A stretch of DNA of 32,015 bases from an uncultured archaeon (GTDB taxonomy: Archaea; Aenigmatarchaeota; Aenigmatarchaeia; QMZP01; QMZT01), in assembly GCA_964554465.1 (NCBI GenBank), contig CAZKOV010000002.1, forward strand, positions 2,935 through 34,949, given 5' to 3'. Positions within the stretch are counted from its first letter, which is position 1. Every line of letters begins with the position of its first letter. Below, one piece after another: positions 25,391 to 31,570 of the stretch. A program made the position numbers and the translations under genes. Under the pieces are notes generated by a model that did not search any database, was not told the DNA's origin, and was given only the letters and a program-made list of their open reading frames with translations.

Positions 25391-26326
25391 TTATGTTCCA
25401 TAGCTTGATTGTGCTATAACTGTCAATTTTCCCTGAACGCTTCCGATATCACCCCAGTGAACACCATATGGCACTCTTACCCTTACAGTCGCAAGAACCC
25501 ACGAACCCGGCGTGAGTGTGGTTGAAGTAAAGTTTTGAGCATACGCGCATTGCGTACCGCCAGGTGCATCAGTGTTCCATCTATAGAACATAACCGTATC
25601 GCAAGTATCCTCCACGGCAACGCACATCTGCCAATTGTTTGCACTCACGTTTATTGCTGCATACCCCCAACTATTGTTGTTTGATGCCTGGGTAAGCGTG
25701 TATTGATAATATCTGGTCCCTTGACCACCATCACTAAGATCAGAATCTCCCGTGACCGACTGGTTGTGTTCATCTATACCTATCCTGAATATCCTTCCAT
25801 TTAAGTTGCAGGCTCCCGAGCCGGCATCAACGCCCCAGAAATATTCATGTGAAGCATTCCTGAACCTACCGTAATAATATCCCGTCGGCACCGTCACATA
25901 AACTATCGTGTTTGATGCGTTATATTCAACCCTGTTGGGGAACATCCAAGCATTGTCTCCGCTTTCAGTATCACGTTTTATGACGACAAAATTTCCTGCA
26001 TTATAACTCGCATTAGTACCTGAACCGAACGGGTTTGATGAAGGATAAGTATTATTAAACCATACACCGGTTATGTTGGTTGAACCTATGTTCTCAATTT
26101 GGATAGATCCATATCCACCATCATCTATACCACTTTGTGAACCTGGATCAACATTTGACCATGTAAGACTTGCTGGTGTTATGTCAACGAGAGTTTTTTG
26201 GGCAACGGTTATTGTAATATCAACCTCATCGACCTGCGTTACAGCATATGTTTCTGGTAAAAAAACAATTGCCATTGAAAGTAAAGTCAAGCTAAAAAAT
26301 ACTAAAACGTAAATTCCTTTGCTCAT
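25391..26326 (-). CDS. Secreted, N-glycosylation-sequon-rich protein, paralogue B (311 aa)
   Basis: Signal peptide (VLVFFSLTLLSMAIVFLPETYA). Shares IQIENIGSTNIT-x-[VI]WFN-x-TY-x-SSNPFG, EYFW and R[VI]PYGV blocks with paralogue A. The same AAGGTGAAATGG leader precedes the ATG. Confidence 0.7.
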   Translation of the reverse strand: MSKGIYVLVFFSLTLLSMAIVFLPETYAVTQVDEVDITITVAQKTLVDITPASLTWSNVDPGSQSGIDDGGYGSIQIENIGSTNITGVWFNNTYPSSNPFGSGTNASYNAGNFVVIKRDTESGDNAWMFPNRVEYNASNTIVYVTVPTGYYYGRFRNASHEYFWGVDAGSGACNLNGRIFRIGIDEHNQSVTGDSDLSDGGQGTRYYQYTLTQASNNNSWGYAAINVSANNWQMCVAVEDTCDTVMFYRWNTDAPGGTQCAYAQNFTSTTLTPGSWVLATVRVRVPYGVHWGDIGSVQGKLTVIAQSSYGT

Positions 26327-26447
26327 CCCATTTCACCTTATGTATTATTATTGTGCAAATCCCTTATATATTTGTTGTTTATCTTTAACAGAAAATCTTA
26401 CTGAATGAACATTCTTTGAAAAACGGTAATATTTTATTCTTGTTAAC

Positions 26448-28037
26448 TCATTTGAAATCACTTATACGGAATTGCCTGGGTTTTTTCAGTTCCTTCTCCA
26501 ATTTCTCATCCTCAAAAACAGAATCCGTTTCCTGTTCCCCTCTTTTCATTCTGTGAAGAGTTCTTTTCATCACCTTTTCTTTTTTCCGGGAGGACCAGTA
26601 ATATCCCTCATCCCTTGTTCCTTTTGTTATTAAGAATATTACACGACCGACATCATGTCTTCCCACCCTTCCTCTTCTTTGTATAGAACGAATCTCGCTC
26701 GGAACCGGTTCATAAAATATTGCAAGGTCCATTGAGGGAATATCGAGTCCTTCTTCACCCACGGACGTAGCGACAATAGTATTATATTTGCCTTCCCTGA
26801 AATCTTTCAGTCTTGACAATTGTTCCTTCTGCGTCATACCTTCCTTCTGCCCGATGAATTCGACGGGTTTTACGCCATCTACTTTTTCGAGCAATTCGAC
26901 TATCTGTTTAACTGTACTCCTCAGATTAACAAAAATTATTATCTTTAATTCGGGATTTCCCCGGACAGCTGCCTCCACAAGCGATAACAGCTTGCCCATC
27001 TTCGGATGGTTGTATCCCTTTTCCAGCATTTCGTTTGTTATCTGCATCGCCCTGAGTATCTCGGCATCTTTTAAAATCATCTTTGATGCCCTGTTATTTT
27101 CTTCGGAACGTATCTTCTTCCAGTAGTCGGCAAGTGCTTTGACGCTCTGCGTTTCTATAAGGCTCAATGCATGGTCAAGTTTTATGGCCCTCGCGACAAG
27201 GAAGGACTGCCAGTATATTTTCTTTCCCTGCTTCGATTCACCGAATATTCTTCCCTGCATCGCGAGAAGATCCTTCTTGGTTACAAGGTTCAGGGGTTTT
27301 CTGAAACCTATTGCAGAAAGCTTGTAGAGGGAATTCCTGTATGATTTGCCGATTATGTCATGCAGTCTTTTGAAACTTGGCGGAAGTTCGACAACGACCC
27401 ATTCAAATTTCTTTTCCTTTGCCCATTCCTTTACATCAGCATCCTTTTCAGTTTTTATCTCGACCGCTTCTATTCCAAGATTCTTGCAGATTTCATCAAT
27501 CTTCTCTCTCGTTCCGCCGGGCGAAGCCGTAAGCGCCAGTATCTTCGGTTCTTCACACTGTTCAAAATATGTCATTGAAACAAAAGGATATGCGTATCCG
27601 CCGATAGCGTGATGTGCTTCATCAAAAACCGCCAGACTGAAATTCTTAAGTCCCAGACGTCCCGTTTTTATGTCATTCGAAATCGTTTGCGGCGTTGCAA
27701 AAATAATGTCATGTTCTTCGTAAAGAAGCCCTCTTTTTTTAGGGCTGATGTTTCCCGTAATGAATGCAAACCTGTCCTCTTCAACTTTCAGCTTGTTCAT
27801 GAAAGTCTCATAATGCTGGGCAACCAAAGGTTTCGTCGGCGCCATCACGAGTATCTTCTTGTCCGGTTTTTTCTCAAGCATTATTGCAACAAGCATTATC
27901 GCTATGGGGGTCTTTCCCATGCCTGTGGGCAGGACGCAGAGGACGTTCTTCTTGACGGCCTCAGCGAGCATCGTCTCCTGATAAACCCTTGACTGTAAAG
28001 CCTCTTCCTTTATGAGCGGATGATTGACAAAGGTCAT
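26448..28037 (-). CDS. Hef/FANCM/Mph1-like SF2 helicase (COG1111-type), no ERCC4 nuclease domain (529 aa)
   Basis: N-terminal ...RVYQETMLAEAVKKNVLCVLPTGMGKT, a DEAH box (VFDEAHHAIG), and helicase C motifs (ATSVGEEGLDIP, QRRGRVGR). Basic/acidic C-terminal tail. Confidence 0.85.
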   Translation of the reverse strand: MTFVNHPLIKEEALQSRVYQETMLAEAVKKNVLCVLPTGMGKTPIAIMLVAIMLEKKPDKKILVMAPTKPLVAQHYETFMNKLKVEEDRFAFITGNISPKKRGLLYEEHDIIFATPQTISNDIKTGRLGLKNFSLAVFDEAHHAIGGYAYPFVSMTYFEQCEEPKILALTASPGGTREKIDEICKNLGIEAVEIKTEKDADVKEWAKEKKFEWVVVELPPSFKRLHDIIGKSYRNSLYKLSAIGFRKPLNLVTKKDLLAMQGRIFGESKQGKKIYWQSFLVARAIKLDHALSLIETQSVKALADYWKKIRSEENNRASKMILKDAEILRAMQITNEMLEKGYNHPKMGKLLSLVEAAVRGNPELKIIIFVNLRSTVKQIVELLEKVDGVKPVEFIGQKEGMTQKEQLSRLKDFREGKYNTIVATSVGEEGLDIPSMDLAIFYEPVPSEIRSIQRRGRVGRHDVGRVIFLITKGTRDEGYYWSSRKKEKVMKRTLHRMKRGEQETDSVFEDEKLEKELKKPRQFRISDFK

Positions 28038-28092
28038 AATATGTAAATATATACATTCAATAAAAAACTGTCATATGCCCCTGAACAAACAC

Positions 28093-28100
28093 TTTAAAAA
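28093..28100 (+). promoter_or_regulatory. TATA-box candidate TTTAAAAA 26 nt upstream of the tRNA 5' end
   Basis: Position and composition fit an archaeal tRNA promoter. Confidence 0.4.
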
Positions 28101-28144
28101 TTAGTATATTAATACTATGGAATATGCCGAGGTGGCTCAGGGGT

Positions 28145-28170
28145 TATGTTCCGAATAAGGACGTACCTAA
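28145..28170 (+). other. tRNA intron 1 in the D loop (about 24-26 nt; junctions ambiguous by +/-2 nt)
   Basis: 33 nt lie between the D-stem strands, where 7-9 are expected. There is only a relaxed BHB (GGGT 28141-44 pairing with ACCT 28165-68; inner helix GTTC/GGAC). Confidence 0.5.
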
Positions 28171-28187
28171 AGAGCGCCAGACTCATG

Positions 28188-28306
28188 GAACCGAAAGGAC
28201 GTATACAAGATACGTCGAACTAGGAATTGAAATTAACTCTGCGAAAATACATTCATGAGTGATGATCGGAGCTAAAACTTCGAGATGACAAATAGGCGTT
28301 TGGGAC
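28188..28306 (+). other. tRNA intron 2 at canonical position 37/38 (119 nt)
   Basis: BHB motif: anticodon stem, then central helix CTCA 28182-85 / TGGG 28301-04, 3-nt bulges TGG (28186-88) and ACA (28305-07), and outer helix AAC/GTT. Contains a perfect hairpin GACGTAT-ACAAG-ATACGTC (28198-28216). Confidence 0.8.
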
Positions 28307-28328
28307 ATCTGGAGGTCGGGGGTTCAAA

Positions 28329-28394
28329 GGTCGGAGATGGTTCGCATGCACGAACAGAACTCAAATTGCCATTATCTGGGTTCAAGACTGAAAA
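28329..28394 (+). other. tRNA intron 3 in the T loop at position 59/60 (66 nt)
   Basis: BHB motif: T stem, then central helix TTCA 28323-26 / TGAA 28389-92, 3-nt bulges AAG (28327-29) and AAT (28393-95), and outer helix GTC 28330-32 / GAC 28386-88. Confidence 0.8.
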
Positions 28395-28409
28395 TCCCCC
28401 CCTCGGCAC

Positions 28410-28419
28410 TTTTATTTTT
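28410..28419 (+). terminator. Oligo-T tract TTTTATTTTT directly after the tRNA
   Basis: Archaeal RNA polymerase terminates at T-runs. The tract starts 2 nt after the discriminator base. Confidence 0.5.
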
Positions 28420-28437
28420 GGAATTTAATTTTTCTTC

Positions 28438-28821
28438 ATGCAACTGACAGCTTCGGGTATCATTATAAAGGATAAGAAAATTCTCCTTATGAAAAGAGGC
28501 GATGGTGCTCCAGACTGGCCTTCATGCTGGACTATGCCGGGTGGGAGAGGAGATCACGGAGAGGCTCCCGAAGAAATAGCAATCCGTGAAGTTAAAGAAG
28601 AGGTAAATCTGGATTTCGTTCCGAAGAAAGTTTTCAAGATAACTTATGCTGACGGAAAGAAAAAATATCGTTTCTTGGGTGAGTGGTCAGGAGAAATCAA
28701 GCCCCAGAAGAGGGAATCGTCTGAATGGGGCTGGTTTACATACGAAGAGACAAAAAATCTGAATTTTGCGTATGATTATAAGGATGTTGTTGAAAAGTTG
28801 CATGAAGAAGGACTGATTTAA
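28438..28821 (+). CDS. NUDIX hydrolase (MutT-like, 127 aa)
   Basis: Nudix box GGRGDHGEAPEEIAIREVKEEVNL. Confidence 0.85.
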   Translation: MQLTASGIIIKDKKILLMKRGDGAPDWPSCWTMPGGRGDHGEAPEEIAIREVKEEVNLDFVPKKVFKITYADGKKKYRFLGEWSGEIKPQKRESSEWGWFTYEETKNLNFAYDYKDVVEKLHEEGLI

Positions 28822-29762
28822 TACTCCAGACCCATCCTGACTTCTTTTAGATCCAATATTAGTTCTAAAAGTTCTTCCATTCTCATTAAAAGAACGAGTT
28901 CATAGGAAGGGATTGAGTCCAATTTTCTTTTTATAGATTTTTTAACATGATTTCTCTTTTCGTCTAATTCATCAGCCTTCTTCAAATCGAAATTGTAGAA
29001 GAAATTGTAATAAAGTTTCAAAGATTCATTCGCATCTTCCCAGATTTCGATTGTATCTTCGTTAAATTTATTTTTATAATCGAGAACATCTCTGGCATTA
29101 TATTTGATTATATCGATTATTTTATCAAGAGAGGCTATAACATGATAATAGAAGCATGTTTTTTTGACATCGGGATAACCATATTTATTGAGGAGACGAA
29201 GACAGTAACTTATAAATTTTGTAATATTATCATGTTTTTCTTCAATTGTTTTTACAATATCCATGTCTTTCTTTTTGATCCCTTCTAAAAGACTTTCAAC
29301 GGCTTCTTCTAATAAAATAAATATTCTTCTTAGAACAATTCTAAAATCTTCTTCTGATTCTTTTGTAAGATATTTTATCAGAACTTTGTTATTGGTTTGC
29401 TCTATTATTTCAACTCCAACCAATCTGTTTACAATGTAATGCAAAATTGAAGAAACGGTAATATCCTTTTCTAATCTATGATGTCTAGCTGTGAATTTGT
29501 TAAATTTAACTTCAATTTCATCGTAGCCGTATCTATAAAGGCTATGTATATAAAGAATAATTGATGTCCTATCCAAATCCGTGATATCAACACTTATTTT
29601 ACCGATTTTGATGGATTCATCAGTGCTTATTACAAGCTTGTTACCTTCTTCTTCTATAAAGATACTCTTCCCCTTAGAAAGGCCCCTATCCTTCGCCCAT
29701 CTAAGGGGAAGTGCCACTGTCAGGCTCGACATTCCATGCTGAATAAGCTTACGCTGTTCCAT
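28818..29762 (-). CDS. AbrB/SpoVT-domain plus PhoU-domain regulator (archaeal phosphate-uptake-regulator-like, 314 aa)
   Basis: N-terminal swapped-hairpin pattern (LIQHGMSSLTVALPLRWAKDRGLSKGKSIFIEEEGNKLVI) followed by long helical PhoU-like repeats. Visibly more A/T-rich than its neighbours. Confidence 0.75.
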   Translation of the reverse strand: MEQRKLIQHGMSSLTVALPLRWAKDRGLSKGKSIFIEEEGNKLVISTDESIKIGKISVDITDLDRTSIILYIHSLYRYGYDEIEVKFNKFTARHHRLEKDITVSSILHYIVNRLVGVEIIEQTNNKVLIKYLTKESEEDFRIVLRRIFILLEEAVESLLEGIKKKDMDIVKTIEEKHDNITKFISYCLRLLNKYGYPDVKKTCFYYHVIASLDKIIDIIKYNARDVLDYKNKFNEDTIEIWEDANESLKLYYNFFYNFDLKKADELDEKRNHVKKSIKRKLDSIPSYELVLLMRMEELLELILDLKEVRMGLEY

Positions 29763-29792
29763 TATCCAATTATTGAATTCAGGCTTTAAATA

Positions 29793-29810
29793 TGTATATA
29801 CTGTATATAC
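29793..29810. repeat. Tandem 9-nt repeat TGTATATAC x2 (each contains the palindrome GTATATAC), plus a third TGTATAC at 29822-29828
   Basis: Read directly, in the divergent intergenic region between the AbrB-PhoU gene and the 29894 operon. Candidate operator. Confidence 0.45.
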
Positions 29811-29893
29811 AAAATAAAAAATGTATACCTCATATATTTAATTATGTATTCTAAACTACTTATAGATAGTAAAAAAGTATTGGAGGTATATTT

Positions 29894-30238
29894 ATGAGCA
29901 AAAATTGTCAGTATTGTTGGTTTTGTGGAGAAACACCGACAGCGGGTTACTTAATACAAAAAATTACCGACCGTTATGGCCCTGCAAGAGGTGCTTTATT
30001 GCAGAAGCTTATCAATCGGTATGGCCCTGCAAAAAGGATTCAGGTCTGCACAAACGAATCTGGTATCAGAGAGTTTGGTATGAAAAAAAGATACACAATG
30101 CCAGGTTTAGGTGTAACAAAGGAAGCTCATTATCATGATAAGAATATAACCAGAATGGGTATTTTCAAAAGAGTCGGAGAGATAGAAGACAAGGACGCAA
30201 ATGTGCAATGTCAAGCATTGCTGGATGAGGTCGATTAA
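29894..30238 (+). CDS. Hypothetical protein with N-terminal CxxCxxC and duplicated RYGPA motif (114 aa)
   Basis: GGAGGT SD at 29882-29887. Sequence features: CQYCWFCGE and DRYGPARGALLQKLINRYGPAKR. No family recognised. Confidence 0.5.
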   Translation: MSKNCQYCWFCGETPTAGYLIQKITDRYGPARGALLQKLINRYGPAKRIQVCTNESGIREFGMKKRYTMPGLGVTKEAHYHDKNITRMGIFKRVGEIEDKDANVQCQALLDEVD

Positions 30239-30265
30239 GTTATAGAAAAATATGAGGTGATATTA

Positions 30266-30664
30266 ATGCCTGTAAAAATCAGTGATTTGAGAGAAAGGTA
30301 TGGTTCCAATTTACCTTTCCAAAAATTAACGAAGGCACAAAGAGAGCTTTTGCGTCTCCATGATATAAAAGAACATACGGCTAATCTGGGAGACACTACT
30401 GTAGAAGTTAGAGGAATAAATATAAGACAAGGCAATCCTGTATTGAGATTATCTGATGTATGTGAATACTTGAGAGCAGCGAATGTTCCAGGATTTGATC
30501 CAAGAAAGGGTAAGAATCGGAGTTATGCTGAACACAGATTACCTACTTATGAAGGAGCATTAGGTGTAAAAGGACGACATTATGGCAATCAGAGTTATAC
30601 ATTCGGACTTCCAGATTCATCCAGAATTTTGGTAAGTTTTTGTGCTGTAAAGGACAGACCATAA
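30266..30664 (+). CDS. Hypothetical protein (132 aa from ATG 30266)
   Basis: GAGGTGA SD at 30254-30260, 5 nt before ATG 30266 (the track start at 30257 is a GTG inside the SD). The N-terminal ERYGSNLPFQKL echoes the RYG...QKL motif of the upstream gene. No family recognised. Confidence 0.5.
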   Translation: MPVKISDLRERYGSNLPFQKLTKAQRELLRLHDIKEHTANLGDTTVEVRGINIRQGNPVLRLSDVCEYLRAANVPGFDPRKGKNRSYAEHRLPTYEGALGVKGRHYGNQSYTFGLPDSSRILVSFCAVKDRP

Positions 30665-30703
30665 TTTCTTTCTTTGGGTAACTACAAAATATATCCTTCC
30701 TTT

Positions 30704-31402
30704 CTAATTTTTCTTTTCCAGAATTATCACATTCCCCTTCCCTCTTTTGATCTTCTTTATTGCTCCTTTGTCCTCAAGTTCTGTCAGGACAAGACTTATC
30801 TTTGCCTCAGAGAGAGGGAACTGTTTTCTTATCTCTTTTTGCGTTGTCCTGCCGCCTTCCTTCTTTATGAATCCGATGACCTTTTCTGCGGGATCGTATT
30901 CTTCTTCCGTTACTGTTTTTTTCTTTTTCACTTTTCTTGACCTGTAAACCGTGTACAAGATCACTATGACTATCAGAATTATCGCAATAGTGAGGACTGA
31001 ATAAAACCAGTTCTCTTCCTGATTTTCTTCTTCCAGTATGTTGGAGAAATCTATATCTTCGTCGAGCAGGTGTTGTTCTTCCGATATATCCGGGAACAAT
31101 ATCAGATCAAGTATGAACTCACCGTCCCCCGTCACCGTTATGTTCTCCGCAGCAGTGCATTTTTTGTATCCTAAATCTTGGACGGCTTCGATCAGATAAT
31201 TTCCGTTCGGGATCTCAAATGAATATGAACCGTCTTTTGAGATGTATGTCTGCTGGGGAATCGTGTTTACCTTGAGCATCACGTCCTGTGCCGGCTCCAG
31301 TTCCATGTCATATACGATACCGCGTATAACCGCTGCATCCGTACTATGCATTAGAAGCAAAATAACCGAAAAAATAAAAACAACCAAGAATATCTTTTTC
31401 AT
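30704..31402 (-). CDS. Membrane-tethered winged-helix protein with an extracellular carboxypeptidase-regulatory-like beta-sandwich (COG2512-like architecture, 232 aa)
   Basis: Signal peptide. VIRGIVYDMELEPAQDVMLKVNT...DGSYSFEIPNGNYLIEA is a CarboxypepD_reg-like pattern. TM helix FYSVLTIAIILIVIVILYTVY. The cytoplasmic part is KVIGFIKKEGGRTTQKEIRKQFPLSEAKISLVLTELEDKGAIKKIKRGKGNVI (wHTH). Confidence 0.7.
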   Translation of the reverse strand: MKKIFLVVFIFSVILLLMHSTDAAVIRGIVYDMELEPAQDVMLKVNTIPQQTYISKDGSYSFEIPNGNYLIEAVQDLGYKKCTAAENITVTGDGEFILDLILFPDISEEQHLLDEDIDFSNILEEENQEENWFYSVLTIAIILIVIVILYTVYRSRKVKKKKTVTEEEYDPAEKVIGFIKKEGGRTTQKEIRKQFPLSEAKISLVLTELEDKGAIKKIKRGKGNVIILEKKN

Positions 31403-31442
31403 GTTTTTAGTTTGCTTTCCGGGAATTAAATATTTTCAGAAT

Positions 31443-31503
31443 CTAAAGTTACGTAAAGTATTGTAAAGTTTGTAAAGTGTTGGATTTACGGGTTTTGTAA
31501 AGT
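31443..31503. repeat. Array of five [C/G]TAAAGT direct repeats with 10, 10, 9 and 25 nt spacing
   Basis: Copies at 31443, 31453, 31463, 31472 and 31497. The last two are embedded in identical 10-mers TGTAAAGTGT. A TATA-like TTTATATA follows at 31507-31514. Confidence 0.5.
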
Positions 31504-31570
31504 GTGTTTATATACTAACCTCCCGAACTTGATTTTAAATGATTATAAAATCAAAGAAAGGGGTGAAAAA

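Larger units (their letters stand above)
28126..28408 (+). tRNA. tRNA with anticodon CAU (elongator Met or Ile2) interrupted by three introns; CCA not encoded
   Basis: Perfect stems: acceptor GCCGAGG/CCTCGGC (28126-32 / 28401-07) plus A73; D stem GCTC/GAGC (28135-38 / 28172-75); anticodon stem CCAGA/TCTGG (28177-81 / 28308-12); variable loop AGGTC; T stem GGGGG/CCCCC (28318-22 / 28396-400). The spliced T loop is TTCAAAT. The spliced product would be 72-74 nt. Confidence 0.85.

Noticed and set aside
28259-28289. Canonical box C/D guide sRNA inside the long tRNA intron
   Set aside because: A good C box (GUGAUGA) is present, but there is no CUGA D or D' box anywhere in the intron. Only a K-turn-like possibility is kept, as a low-interest finding.
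31443-31503. CRISPR array or minisatellite
   Set aside because: The repeat unit is only 7-10 nt with 2-3 nt spacers and lies in a promoter region. This is incompatible with CRISPR repeat/spacer dimensions. No CRISPR-like array was seen elsewhere in the window.
28126-31570. tRNA-adjacent integrated element or genomic island (the A/T-rich PhoU gene and unknown small genes lie next to a tRNA)
   Set aside because: There is no integrase, recombinase or transposase. I could not find a direct repeat of the tRNA 3' end downstream. NUDIX, directly next to the tRNA, looks native in composition.
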